From NCBI RefSeq assembly GCF_964204645.1, contig NC_134028.1, positions 15,383,653-15,447,652 on the forward strand: a stretch of DNA of 64,000 bases, in the 5' to 3' direction. The translations under genes and the position numbers were made by a program. The notes under the pieces are model-generated. The model made no database searches. It was given only the letters and a program-made list of their open reading frames with translations, and was not told the DNA's origin. Below, piece by piece: positions 35,880 to 49,005 of this stretch (position 1 is its first letter; the number at the start of each line of letters is the position of its first letter). This DNA comes from Tubulanus polymorphus. Its lineage: Eukaryota > Animalia > Nemertea.

Positions 35880-36263
35880 ACTTAGATTATCTCCAGTCGA
35901 CCGTGACTTTTTGACAGGTACACAACGTCTCTATGGTAACGTTTGGCAACTACGGTGTGAACGACTTAAGGACAGACTATCGACGATATCTATAGATTAA
36001 TACTATAGAACCACTAAATACCAGTAAAAAGTTACCTAATTTGTTTGTACACTTCGTTGTCTCATTCAGAAGAACAGCACTGCATAGATTGAGTAGATCT
36101 TATAAATCAAGCAAGTGTGGAAGGACATCGAAATGAAACTTTAAATCTCCACTGTACCAACACGTCTTAACAGCCGGACGTCATTTTAAACTTTATATAT
36201 ACATGAATAACATATAAATGAATAACTTCTAAAATCAATTTAGTAAAAAAATATGTATAATAA

Positions 36264-36932
36264 ATGGAACCAGAACAACCACAAACTATCAATATTACAA
36301 ATAACACTGGTGTCATAAATATGTACTACAAGAAGTGTTCTAAATGTGATTTAGATAAATTAGCTATAACAGAATTTAATAAGCGTAAGATTAGCAAAGA
36401 TGGTTTTCAATATTGCTGTAAAACTTGTATTAAACTATGTACCAAACAATATCGAGAAGATAATAGGGAAGCTTATAATGATTATATGACAGAATATATG
36501 AGAGAAAGATATAAAACAGATCTTAATTTTAGATTGAAACGATGCTTAAGATCTAGATTAACACAATTATTCAACAAAGAAACGCATTCAGAAACACTAT
36601 CTAGTTTGTTGGGTTGTTCAGATGAATTCTTAAAATCATGGATAATATATCAATTCGACGATAAAATGAATATAGATAATTATGGTGAATACTTTCATAT
36701 TGATCACGTGTTGCCGATTTCTAAATTTGACATGAATGATGAATACAATAAAAAACTTATTTGGAATTGGAAAAATTTAAGACCTCTTGAAAAGAAAGAA
36801 AATGAAATGAAATTTAATAAACTAGATTTACAGTTATATTTAGAACAGTTAACAATGGCAAAGAAATTCATTGATTTATGGAATAATGATCCAAATAATG
36901 AACGATACGTTGAATCTTTAATGAGTGGTTAA
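36264..36932 (+). CDS. HNH-type endonuclease-like protein (copy C)
   Basis: Intact 222-aa homologue of 21434-22216. Confidence 0.75.
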   Translation: MEPEQPQTINITNNTGVINMYYKKCSKCDLDKLAITEFNKRKISKDGFQYCCKTCIKLCTKQYREDNREAYNDYMTEYMRERYKTDLNFRLKRCLRSRLTQLFNKETHSETLSSLLGCSDEFLKSWIIYQFDDKMNIDNYGEYFHIDHVLPISKFDMNDEYNKKLIWNWKNLRPLEKKENEMKFNKLDLQLYLEQLTMAKKFIDLWNNDPNNERYVESLMSG

Positions 36933-38165
36933 AGAATAATAGAATTTAAATAAAATATAATAAAAAAACAATAACTTCAACTATCCATTATTTCCATTAT
37001 ATTTTTAATATTTTCTTTTGCATTTCTTTTCAAAAAGGAATACTTTATATCACAAATAAAAAATACTAAAAAAACAATAACGAATACTAGAATTCTTTAA
37101 CTTTAACTAGCTAGTATCATTTTATAATATTTATAATATTTTTTTTTCTTATTAAATTTCTCTAATATAAATGTGAAAGAAATCGAGTAAGAATAATACA
37201 GGTATTGAAAAAACATTAGATGATTTAGGTATTAGTGATAATAAGGATATTTCGACCAAAATTGAAAATAATATTCAAGTTCATTGTAATATTGATTATG
37301 AATACTACTTATATTGTAAACACCATCTTGAATTATTAATTGCTGGAGGGAAATCTAAAGATTTCTTGGGAAAAATAATAACTTTTCAAGAACTAGACTC
37401 TATGAAACCCGATAAAGTAATAAAATATTTTAAGATTTATGAAGAGGCAAGATTGGCTCGAATAAATGATTCTATTTCAGATAGTATTGCAAATGTTACT
37501 CTAAGTTATGCAACCGATTAATGTCAATTGATGATGAAAATAAATTATATAGTGATTTGAAAAATGACTATTTAGTTATGACTGAATTAAAAAAATGGGT
37601 TGGATATGCTTCATTTCAATTAGGATCGGTTATGACATTAATTTCTACTGGTGTCATAACATTTTTGAATATCAAACCTATGGAATAAAATCAGGTAAGA
37701 ACGAAACAGATAGCGCCGTACTACAACCAAACGGCGAAACAGAAAATGAACCAGAACAAAAATTAACTAAAATAAATGAGTGATGGTATTGCCCACACAG
37801 TGACGTTAAGAAAAAGGCTAGATCTGAAAAACAAGTACAGTGGGCAAAGGAGTTGGGAAAAAGATCTGCAGAATTTAAAAAAAGCTAAGAAAAAGAAATT
37901 AACTGATATAAATGAGTCACAGACTTTATCTGATATTGCTTCAAATAATAATCCATCTAATTCTTCTAATGTTGGAAGTAATAATTACTTATATATTACA
38001 ATTGGATTAGTAACAGTTATTATATTCTCCGGTGTAATATATAAATCTAAATTCAAATCTAATTATAATGATTCCAATGATAATAAACCTATTATACCAG
38101 AAAATAAATCAAATCATAAAGTCATTGAAACTAAATCTAAATTATTATTAATGGATTAAAATAAG

Positions 38166-39245
38166 ATGAAAAAAGAACAATATTTGAGAGAGTTATATTA
38201 TAACCCAGAAAGTGAAGTATCATATTCTAGCGTTACAGAATTATGGGATAAAATTAAATCTGATAAAGAAAATGGTAATATAAAATATAGTGAATTAAAA
38301 TCATGGTTACAAAATCAACCAACATATCAAATCCACAAGAAAATGGATAAAACTTATTTAACAAGAAAATTTATGGTTTCATATATCGATCAACAATGGC
38401 AAGCAGATTTAATTGACATGAAGAACTTAGGAGAACACAACAAAGGATATTTCTGGATATTAAATGTTATAGACATATTCAGTAGAAACGCATGGTCAAT
38501 TCCAATCAAAAATAAAACTGGTATAGAAGTGACAAATGCTTTTAAATCAATATTTAAAGAAGCTATTCCAGATAAGATACAATTTGATGAAGGTAAGGAA
38601 TTTTATAATAAACATTTCAAGAAATTATTATCTGATAACGATGTAGATAATTTTTCAACACACTCAGATAAAAAAACATCTATTATAGAAGGATTTAATA
38701 AAACATTGAATACTAGAATGTGGAAATATTTTACTGCTAATGAAACATATAAATATATCGATATATTAGATGATTTAGTGAAAGGTTATAATAATTCTAA
38801 ACATAGTTCTATAAATATGAAACCTATACAAGCTAGATAAAAAGATAATTCAAAAATAGTTTGGAATAATTTGGAGCGTTTGTTACACATGATTTCGGTG
38901 AACCTAAATTTAAAATAGGACAACACGTTAGAATATCTAAATATCGAAAAACCTTTTATAAAGGTTATACTCCTAATTTTACTGAAGAAATATTTAAGAT
39001 TAAAAAGATAATATTAACTAAACCTTTTGTTTATAAATTAGAAGATATAAAAGATGAAGAAATATTAGGTTATTTCTATGAACAAGAATTATCACTTGTA
39101 CCAAATCCAGATGAAATAGAATACAAAATAGAAAAAGTATTGAAAACAAAAACTCTTAAAGGAAAAAAGTATTCTTTAGTCAAATATACAGGATACGATG
39201 ATAAATTTAATGAATGGATTTTATTTAGTAAAATTAAAAGAATAA
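38166..39245 (+). pseudogene. int: rve integrase with C-terminal chromodomain-like region (copy C)
   Basis: DDE core; after the stop at 38840 it continues to EYKIEKVLK...KY.LVKY.GY...FNEWI. Confidence 0.88.
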
Positions 39246-39859
39246 ATGAATAAAGATTTATTTATATTTGAACCGCATAATATGTTAGTTACTGGGGTAA
39301 CAAACTGTGGTAAAACACATTTCATATTAAATTTGTTAGAAACTATTTATAAGAATCATTTTGATAATATAATATTATTCTGTCCTACTTATGAAATGAA
39401 TAAAACATATAATAGAGATATAGTTAAGATAAAAAAGTTTATTTTACTAGATCCTAAAACAGTAAAAGAAAATTTAGATAATTGTATAAAAATAGCATTA
39501 GATATTTATAAAGGATCAAATACATTATTCATTATAGATGATTGTGCAAATTTACATGATTCAAAAGTTAGAGAAAGTGAGTTATGTTATTTAGCTTTCT
39601 CTGGGAGACATTTTGGGGTAACAACATGGGTTTTAAAATCAAAAATATAATTCAATTGTTAAAGACTTTAGGGAGAATATCAGATTTTTAGTTTTATTCT
39701 ACAATAAAGATAGAAAATCTATGCAACAATCATTGGAAGAAAATCAAATTATATCTACTGAATTAACATGATGAATATATGAATAAATCAAAGAATAATA
39801 AAGGTTCAAAATTATTAATGAGGCTTCAATTTCCATATGAATATAAGTTTATAAAATAA
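39246..39859 (+). pseudogene. A32/FtsK-like genome packaging ATPase, frameshifted
   Basis: Walker A GVTNCGKT, Walker B LFIIDD, GRH motif. Confidence 0.85.
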
Positions 39860-39992
39860 CTATTTATATACCTATGTATTAGTTACCCTAATACCTGATA
39901 CCTACCTAAGTATTAGATACCCTATTAGATACCCTAACACCTAAAACCCTTTTTTATTAACTATTATTTTATACAATTTTCAACTAATATTA

Positions 39993-40937
39993 TTATTTGA
40001 GATGAAAATAATTAGGACTTGAATCACTTTCATAATCAGGCTCTATTTCGTCATCAGTCTCTATTTTGTCATAAGACCTATAAGACCTATAAAATTTATT
40101 CAAATGCTCTACCGTATCTTCATCATTAGTTGTTTCATTGTTATGCTTATTCATCCAATCAAATTTATCATTATTTTCTACTTTATGTTTCATAGAATCT
40201 TTATTATCAATATGCTTATCTGTAACTATATTTTCATTTTCATCTTTCTTAGTGTTTGCTCCTAATATTTCATTTACAATGTTTGATCCTAATATTTTAT
40301 TAGCATCGGTTAAATCTAATTCATCTTTATTACGTGTTGCTAATAATAAATCTTCATATAAATCTTTACCATTTACTTTTTTATTTGAAACAAACTTTGT
40401 AACATATATAAATGGGTGTTCTATTAATTCTCTTAAACCAACACGTTCTATTACATTAGTAATATGTGCCTTTGTATTCATATGTTTATTCCAATTTGTT
40501 GGAGCTTTTGAAAATTCATCATTACAATATCCACAATAATTTCTATTTTTACCATAATTTAATATTATTTCATTATTAGATGTAGAAGGTATTACATTAT
40601 TAGATGTAGAAGGTATTACATTATTAGATGTAGAAGGTATTACATTATTAGATGTAGAAGGTATTACATTATTAGATGTAGAAGGTATTACATTAATAGA
40701 TGTAGAAGGTATTACATTATTAGATGTAGAAGGTATAACATTATTATCAATTACATTACTTAAATTATCAACAACACCACTTTTATTATTATCGATTTCT
40801 ATTAGTTTAGTTTTATAAATTTTGAAAATAGGATCAAATATCAAAGCTATATTACAAGGTATTACATAATATAAACCATCATTATTTTCATGTGTATCGA
40901 TGTATGGAATATGTTTATATACTTTACCTCCTTCCAT
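39993..40937 (-). CDS. NNVIPSTS-repeat, single-zinc-finger protein (copy C allele)
   Basis: N-terminus near-identical to A 18323; C-terminal half unrelated to A/B; CGYC..HMNTKAH. Confidence 0.65.
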   Translation of the reverse strand: MEGGKVYKHIPYIDTHENNDGLYYVIPCNIALIFDPIFKIYKTKLIEIDNNKSGVVDNLSNVIDNNVIPSTSNNVIPSTSINVIPSTSNNVIPSTSNNVIPSTSNNVIPSTSNNVIPSTSNNEIILNYGKNRNYCGYCNDEFSKAPTNWNKHMNTKAHITNVIERVGLRELIEHPFIYVTKFVSNKKVNGKDLYEDLLLATRNKDELDLTDANKILGSNIVNEILGANTKKDENENIVTDKHIDNKDSMKHKVENNDKFDWMNKHNNETTNDEDTVEHLNKFYRSYRSYDKIETDDEIEPDYESDSSPNYFHLK

Positions 40938-40986
40938 TTATTATATAAATTTTTACTAAAGTTAAAATTTTAATATTTCATAACAC

Positions 40987-42229
40987 TTAAAACATAACAC
41001 TATCAAATTGAGAATTTACAATATTTAATTGCGCGTCAGATATAATATAAACGCACATTTTGAGATTTTTGCCTCCTTTTTTCTTTTTCATGAATAATTG
41101 TATTCCATCTTTCGTATTTTGTAGTTTTTTCCCAGAACCATGTAATGAATTATCCTCTGTTGTTCTAAAATCTAACCATAATGCATATTTATTACCGGTG
41201 TAATAATCAATTTGATTAATATTACAATTTTCAAATGATTCTACTTTTTCATTCATAAAATGTTTTCTAATTTCTGACCACTGATCTATCATTCTCATTT
41301 CTTGACAAAATATTTTATTTGCTATTCCATCGATAGTTATATCTACTTTTGATATTTCAGGATTATAATAATTATCAACTTTTATTGCGCCATTAGAATA
41401 TGTTGCAATGGTAAAAAATATTAATATACCTTTATTAGATCTTCTTGGGTAGTTAATATTCTCATTAATTATTTCATCATTTGCATTAATAGTTACAGTT
41501 TTAAATTTTTCAATATAATCATGTAATAATGAAAATCCTTGGTTGTATTGAGTTTGAATTATGCTAGCAATATTTTCATCAGTTGCTGTATCATATTCTA
41601 AACATATATTCGATAATTTATAACCCATATCTTCATTATCGCTAGATAATACAATTTCATTTACAGGAGCAAATGTTATTTCGAATATAATATCTTCTTG
41701 AATTGCGTATTTATATAAAGGCGCATTATTATTTATCAATTCAAAATCTAATGGAATTTTATATTTGCTTCCGTAAATCTTTTTTATTAAGTTATCTACA
41801 GCATTAGTTACTACTGCATTATTGGCTTCTGATCTTAATTTATTTTGGTTTTCTGATTGGATGCCTTGAAATATCATATTATTTCTATTTTCTTTTGTTA
41901 ACCATAAATCTTTATAATGCATAAATAAATTATAATTATCTAATGAGAAAACTGTTTCTGGCCCAATCTTTACAGCTCATTTTTTAATCAAATATCTCAT
42001 TATCAACAACATAATTATTATTATTACCAGTTACTTTTATATCAGCTGATAAATAAATACTATTTGGAACATAAAAAGTATTTTGTGTTAATCGAGGAAT
42101 TCTAACATATAAAGTTTCATCGGGATTAATATTAGAAGGATTATGAGTAATTATATGATGTGATCTTTCTGCTTTAATAGCATTAGTTATTCTATGATTC
42201 TTAGAAGGATTTATATAACTCCCACTCAT
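40987..42229 (-). pseudogene. Major capsid protein (copy C), small frameshifting deletions near 41980-42000
   Basis: Homologous to the A and B capsid genes. Confidence 0.7.
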
Positions 42230-42249
42230 TTTTTTAACAAAAAAATTAA

Positions 42250-43707
42250 TTATTTATTTTTTATCATATTAACTAACCCAAAAATAATTGCACTTACCAC
42301 TGTAATTAAAAATAAAATTATATGTTCAGCAGCAAAGTTAAGAATATTCCCAGCAGATTTCAATATAAAACCAACAATTGATGCAATAACTCCGGGTAAT
42401 GCTGCAGCAGATTTTTTAGATAGTTCCCATAAATATTTTGCCAATTTCTTTAAACCATCCTTAACTTTATCTTGTATAGAATTATTATCATTCGGGGGTT
42501 TATCCGGTTTATTGGGAGTAGGTGTAGATTTTAAAGCATTTGATATTGCTAAACCTATTGTTGTGAATACCATAGTTACAGCTGTTAGAATTGAAAGTAT
42601 TGTGATACCTTCTAGTTTATATAATAATCTTATTCTATCTTTTAATGATATTTTAGAATCCGGTTTTATCAACAAATCTTTAAAAATAACTTAATTTTTT
42701 AATGTGATTAAGATCATATGATTTTAATAATATATCTCTTTCTTCTTTCTGTAATTCTATATTATATTTTAAATTATCAATTTCTTTTTCTAAATATGCA
42801 TTTCTTTTTTTAAATTCAATTTCTTCGATAACTTTATTATCTCTATCTAATTTTAATTGTTCTGATTCTTTTCTTGATTTAAATAATTCATCTTCTAAAG
42901 TTCTAATTTTAAAATCTCTTATACTTTTATCATTCGCAAATTTATCAGCTTCATTTTGTATACTAATAATTTCTCTAATTGCTTTATGAGAAAATATATT
43001 TAAATCTTGTTTTGTTGCATCAAGTAATCCATTTGGTAAAAGTTTTTCAGTTTGAACTTCATTTGATTTAAGTTTACTTGTTTTGGAAGTTATGTTCTGT
43101 TCAGAAGTTGTTTCTGTTTCTAATTTATTATCTATTGTTTCAAATAATTTTTCAATTCTTTGTTTAAATACTCTTCTATTTTGATATATTTCTTCTTGTG
43201 TTACATTTTCTATTTCATTACTATTTCTTATTCTTTTAATTATTCTTTTAATTCTATCTGGTTCTAATTTTCCCAAAGTTGATTCTGCTAATATTTTGTT
43301 TTGATTTTTATAAGAGATATCAATATAATAATCATCTTTCAAATGATGATAATATTCACCATCTAAAATTCTAAATCTTGTACTAAAAGTCTAGCGCCTC
43401 TATCATTTATATTATATCCAGATTTTTCAAATAAAGGTTTAGAATTATTTATAAATTCATTATATTCTAAATTCTGTCTTACTAAATCTGGATCTTCATT
43501 TTCAGAATTTATTCTCGATCTAGTTCTTCTATCAAATTCATCTGTTGATTGGCCTTTAGAACCACTATCTGCTAAATTAGAATTATATGCTGATTCATCA
43601 TCACTATTAATATTAGTTTCTACATCATTATAATCATCATCAATATATCCTTCATTATTATTTCCCATTTCTCCCATTTCATAATCTTCTACACCTTCTA
43701 CATCCAT
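42250..43707 (-). pseudogene. Coiled-coil/TM protein homologue (copy C)
   Basis: Three ORF pieces homologous to B 24037-25506. Confidence 0.75.
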
Positions 43708-43722
43708 TTACATAATAAAAAA

Positions 43723-45055
43723 TTAAAATTTAAAATATGATATTCCTCCGATTACAATTCCTATACAAGTTATAGCTAATTTAGCATTTTCATGGGATTT
43801 ATTATCATCATTTAGTTTAATTATATCATGTTGAATATTATCAGTTTTAATATCACCATGTGGGTGCCGTACGGCACCATTTTCTGAAGTATTATAATCT
43901 TTTATTTTGGAATCATTATCCAATTTAATATTAATAGTTTTAGTTTCAGTTGATTGAATATGTTTTTTATTTTTTTCACCTTCCATTAATTTTGGAGCAG
44001 TGATAATCTTTTTATTTATATCATTTAATCCAAATGAATTATTTATTGTTGCAGTTTTAATTAGATTATTATAACCAATTACATTTCCCATCTTTAATAC
44101 TAAATCATTAGAAATAATTAATAGATTAGGGCCTATACAATAATTTAATCTAATATGTGATTTATCTAAATAATTTTGATATCTTACAAGGTTTTCTGGA
44201 ATCGATCTATTTTTATCATTATGAATAGAATCTTCAAATAATACTTTGAATTGTTTCTGCGCATCAAATGAAGTACTATCATTTCCAACTATTGGTGATC
44301 TTATTTCAACTTGTACACCTAAAATACAAATTAAATAAGTTCTAATTGATTGATTTATTGTTTGTATACCAGGTTTTGTAAAACCTTCACCATTATCTAT
44401 AATAAAATTATTCCAACCATCATCATTATCGATTTTATAATTATGATAGGCACCAACTCTATGTGAATAATCAATTCTTTTTATTTCAAACTGTTGACCA
44501 ACACCATGTAATTTACCTTGCGATCTAAAATCGGAATTAATATCTATATTAAATTCATTACATATTTTATAAAACTTAGAAAGATTAATATTATTATCCA
44601 ATTCTTTAGAATATTTCGATCCAGGTAAAGGACATTCTAATTCATTTAGTATAATTCTAATTTGAAAGTATGCATGAAATCTAAATATTGTAGGAATGAA
44701 TTTTAAATCTGAATAAGACAAATTTTTATCTAAATTATTTAAATGATCATTCCAACTTATACCACACCCTGTTGTTGCGCAATAAACTGCAAAATTTAAT
44801 TGATTCTGCCAATATTTCATAGATTTTAGATTTTATTTTATATATATTATATTCATCTCGAGTAAAAGTAACTTCATATGTATTAAATATATTTTCCATT
44901 ATAGAAATAAAAAACTTTGTTTCAGTAACATAAATTTCTAAATTAATTAATGAAGGCAAAACTACATTTTTATATGTTATAATACTATTAAAATCTATAG
45001 GTGGAATTAAATATCTATATGATTTATTATATTGGAAAGCTTTTGGAAACCCCAT
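43723..45055 (-). pseudogene. YWQNQLNFAVYCAT-motif protein (copy C), one frameshift
   Basis: 102-aa and 365-aa ORFs join to match A 14008-15333. Confidence 0.7.
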
Positions 45056-45526
45056 TTATATAATTAAAAGATTAATAATTTATTAATTCTTTTAATAATT
45101 TATCTTGTTCTTCAACTGTTATATGGCCATTTAAACTTATTATATAATCTAGTGTATTCTTCAATTTATTAATTTCTTTTATATTAGTTTTAATTTTTTC
45201 TTTATTACTTTTTATATTTAATTTTGAACTTATACCAGTTAAAACACTTGATGATAATCCTAACACGCCAATTGATATAGCTAACGGTGTTAATGGGCTG
45301 AATATTGCTAGAAATGTTATTACAGAACTAATTGTAACTGAACCACTAATAATAAAATAATATATAATTTTACTTTTTAAATATTTTTTCTTTTTTATCT
45401 TTAAATCACTTTCAAATTATAATATTTATTTTTCTAAATATATTTTTAATTTAGTTTTATTTATATCATGAGGAATAATATCAATATTATCAACTTTATC
45501 ATCCATTTATTTAGCAAAAAAAATTA

Positions 45527-45949
45527 CTAATTAGTAAATTTATATGCTACAAATATAACAATAACTGTTCCACCTAAAATCCAAATTATTTCATATTTCT
45601 GTTGTTCTTTACTTGGGGTATAATAATCTGAAAATTTAGGTTTGTATAGATGTAATTTTTCTTTATTGGTTACCGCGTTGTATGAACTCATTGCATCATC
45701 AACTGATTGAAAATCTCTGTGTGAAATCTTCTGATCATATAATTCTTTGTTAATATAATCCATATAGTTTTGTCTCTTTTCTCTGTATTCTTCTGCTGCT
45801 TTATTATATTTCTCTAATGCTAAGTTATGTCTTTTTTGTTCTAATAATGAACAATTTTTATCAATATGCCTAAATAAATAACCACCACCAGTAAATGCTA
45901 AAGCGTTAATAATTGCTGTTCCTCTTATAGTTATAATTGCAGAAGCCAT
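45527..45949 (-). CDS. Hydrophobic-ended viral protein (copy C)
   Basis: Homologue of 13123-13533. Confidence 0.65.
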   Translation of the reverse strand: MASAIITIRGTAIINALAFTGGGYLFRHIDKNCSLLEQKRHNLALEKYNKAAEEYREKRQNYMDYINKELYDQKISHRDFQSVDDAMSSYNAVTNKEKLHLYKPKFSDYYTPSKEQQKYEIIWILGGTVIVIFVAYKFTN

Positions 45950-46193
45950 TTATTTAGTAAAATAATTACTCATTTATATGGGAGGAATATATTTTTGTTT
46001 TTCCAAATAATCAATTGTTAAATTAGATAAAGTTACTTCTAACGTTAATTTTAAAATATCATTTATATCAAATCTATCAACATTAACACTTCCCATTTTA
46101 AATACTTTTTTTAATACCATTGAATAACCAACAGTTCCAACTGCTAATAATGCTCCATTATATAAACCACTTATTATCCACTAATTATCACAT

Positions 46194-46538
46194 TTATTTA
46201 TCAAAAATATTACTATCTTCAAAATATTTAGTTATCTTATTTATGATTATTTCAACATTTATAGTATTATTAGGTTCATTTTCATATATTTCATTCATTA
46301 TTCTTTTAATATCATCAATTATAAAATCTTCATCTACTTCATAAAATCTTAAAGACTCAGTAAGCTTTTCTACATTAAAAGTTTCTTTATCTATTGTTTT
46401 TTCATACTCAAATGTTGTTTCATTAGAAAATGCAATATTTTTTATATGTGTTATTACATCATTAATGTTAAATTTCATTTCTTTCTCATGTTTAAAATCA
46501 AATCCAAAACATATACTCGATCCAACAGTTATATTCAT
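46194..46538 (-). CDS. Hypothetical viral protein (copy C)
   Basis: Homologue of 12527-12883. Confidence 0.6.
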   Translation of the reverse strand: MNITVGSSICFGFDFKHEKEMKFNINDVITHIKNIAFSNETTFEYEKTIDKETFNVEKLTESLRFYEVDEDFIIDDIKRIMNEIYENEPNNTINVEIIINKITKYFEDSNIFDK

Positions 46539-46554
46539 TTATATAGTGAAAAAA

Positions 46555-47313
46555 TTACTCTTTACATCTTATAATTAATTCATAAATTATAGGAAAGTTA
46601 TTCAAAACAATTAAATAACCATTATGATTTCTTATTTCTAATTTAAAATTGTTAAATCGTGAAATACAAGGTTTAAAATCACATTCAGCTAAATTATAAT
46701 TAATTTGTGTTCCAAATTCTTTAACATTTTGTAATGGTATAAAATTTAATATACTAGAATTACAAGTTATATCCTTAGTTGCTTCGAAATTTTTTGTAGC
46801 ATCAATTAAATTGCAATAAATATAAAAATACGCGTAAGGTATTATATTTGAATTACCGTCTACGTTTCCTGTAACAGTATCTGGTTTAATTCCTAACATT
46901 TTAGCTATTGGTTTTTTTACTAAAAATGCGTGTTTGGTTTCATCATCTAACTTTATTTTAATTTTATCAGAACTATCACCTTTTATAAATCTAATTGAAA
47001 ATTTATCTTCACTTCTAAGTTTTAATCGTGCTCTCCTGTTAATTTCTTGAGCTACTGTTTCTAAATTATATAATCCTGGTTTTAAAAAGAGATGAAACCA
47101 TTTATTTATATTTCTAATATGAATCATAAACAGTCTATGATCAATAGTTTTATCCGATATATTGTAAAATGAGTTACATAAACTTACATTTACTAATTTT
47201 AAATCAACACAATTCTTAAATTCTCTATCTAATAGTACTAGTAAATTATGGGATTTATAATTTGTAAGTTTTCTAGAATCAACATGTATTCTATATTCTT
47301 TTAATTCTACCAT
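46555..47313 (-). CDS. Putative minor capsid protein (copy C)
   Basis: Intact homologue of 11755-12510 with a divergent central part. Confidence 0.65.
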   Translation of the reverse strand: MVELKEYRIHVDSRKLTNYKSHNLLVLLDREFKNCVDLKLVNVSLCNSFYNISDKTIDHRLFMIHIRNINKWFHLFLKPGLYNLETVAQEINRRARLKLRSEDKFSIRFIKGDSSDKIKIKLDDETKHAFLVKKPIAKMLGIKPDTVTGNVDGNSNIIPYAYFYIYCNLIDATKNFEATKDITCNSSILNFIPLQNVKEFGTQINYNLAECDFKPCISRFNNFKLEIRNHNGYLIVLNNFPIIYELIIRCKE

Positions 47314-47721
47314 TTATTTTACATATTTTATTCGAAATCTATTTCATGGTGGCCTTTTTCATTCTTACCTTTGTATACGAAATAGAAATCGCCTGAACAT
47401 AATTCTTCTAAATCTTCACTTGATAATCTATGAAATCTATCAGGTAATTATGTTCTGAATTTATATGTATTTCCTTTTAATCCTTCATATTCTAAGTGTA
47501 TAACTAATTTATCTCCATATTTGTTAGTAACGGTAACAATATTTGTAATTAGATATTTCTTATGGATTGTTAATTCTTTTAACTTCTTAAATTTATAATC
47601 TACTGATTTGGCATTTGAAGTATTTTTTATTCTATCTAGAAATGATTTGTTGTTCTCACTGTGTGCTTGTTTACTCTCCATTTATAATACATATATAATA
47701 CATATTTTTATTAAAATTTGA

Positions 47722-49005
47722 TTAACACGTTAGAATTCTTTTCATAATCACATTCTCTTTTGTTTCTTCTCTTTTGATCTTTAGATATTCATCTAAATTA
47801 CAACCATATGCGACTGTATGAATTCCGTCATCTAAAATATATCTTTATCATCAAATGGATTCAAACTAACCTTTTCAAATTCTTCAATAAACATCTCGTG
47901 ATCTTCTGATCTTAAACATTTCATCTTATGTTTTCTAACTTCTTCATTGAATATACAATTGATATAATCTTTGAAATGAATATTTTTTTCTACTACACTT
48001 TTAGTAATTCTTTTTAACTTTTTAGCTTCATGTTCTTTAGTTTTATATGAATACATTTTAGATCTAATACCAATGAATTCTATCATTTCTTCACCGCCTA
48101 ATTCATCCTTTAACTTCCCGGGCCGCTTTTTATTATCATTACTAAACAATTCATGATTTTTAGGATAGTTACTAAAATCAAAATGATGTTTTAATGTTTT
48201 TAAATCATCAGTTATGTTTTTATCTTTAATATGTAAGAATCTGTATCAAAATATAATATTTCTATATGTTTTTCTCCAAAAAGTGGTTGTAATACATTAT
48301 AATAGAATTCATACATCAATAGCTTTGATATTTCTAAAACTGAAGCACCAACATAGATTGGTTTATTAAATTTCATAGAAGTTCTTCTCATTTTAACTGC
48401 AGCTAAATTTTTATCCAGTATTCTGTTACCTATAAATTTAGGATATGTTTGTAAATGCCTTATTCTTTTACCATTACTAACTAACTCAATATCATTTCTA
48501 TTTCTAATATTTTCACAAGTCTTACCATAGAATACATTATTCATTAGTTTGAAAAAATCTTTCTCAAAATAACTTTTAGCTTCAGTTCTCTGTTTGGTGT
48601 TAAAATCTATATATTTTTCTAACCACTTAGATTTACTGAATGAAATATATCTATGTACTTTTTTTAGGATCATTCCTTGTTTTAGATAAAACTTTAACAT
48701 TCTATAATGTACTACATAATTATATTTATCTTCCTGAGTTACCATTAACTTTTCTGTATGAATATGATTTTCGGGTTTAATTCTTTTTTGATAATTTGAT
48801 ATTCTTCATGTTTAACAGTTTTATGTTCGGGGCAGTATGCTAGATTTCTAGATTTAAATTTAATATGTTCAGGATATTCTAAATCTACAACAAAGAAGTA
48901 ACCAGTATCTGAATCATCTGCAATACCTAGAATTCTTTTCTTCCAATCAAAATTTATCATTATTTTCATGTTGTAAAACTTCACTTATTTCAAATACTCC
49001 ATAAG
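47722..49005 (-). pseudogene. polB: pPolB C-terminal fragment (copy C)
   Basis: KLMNNVFYGK, YFDTDS and KMYS motifs; cut at 49005. Confidence 0.9.

Larger units (their letters stand above)
30620..36182 (-). mobile_element. CR1/L2-group non-LTR retrotransposon, near full length
   Basis: ORF1 + ORF2, (TTTGA)n-like 3' tail at 30617-30650, possible ATTTT TSD; Polinton sequence resumes at ~36183. Confidence 0.88.
30161..49005 (-). mobile_element. Polinton copy C, inverted relative to A, LINE-interrupted, truncated in pPolB
   Basis: Begins AGTAATAGGG like A; gene order mirrors A and additionally retains the ATPase and the integrase C-terminus. Confidence 0.93.

Noticed and set aside
7317-49005. 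Alternative genetic code or programmed recoding in the viral genes
   Set aside because: Stops and frameshifts fall at different positions in each copy and replace varied codons, as expected from neutral decay.
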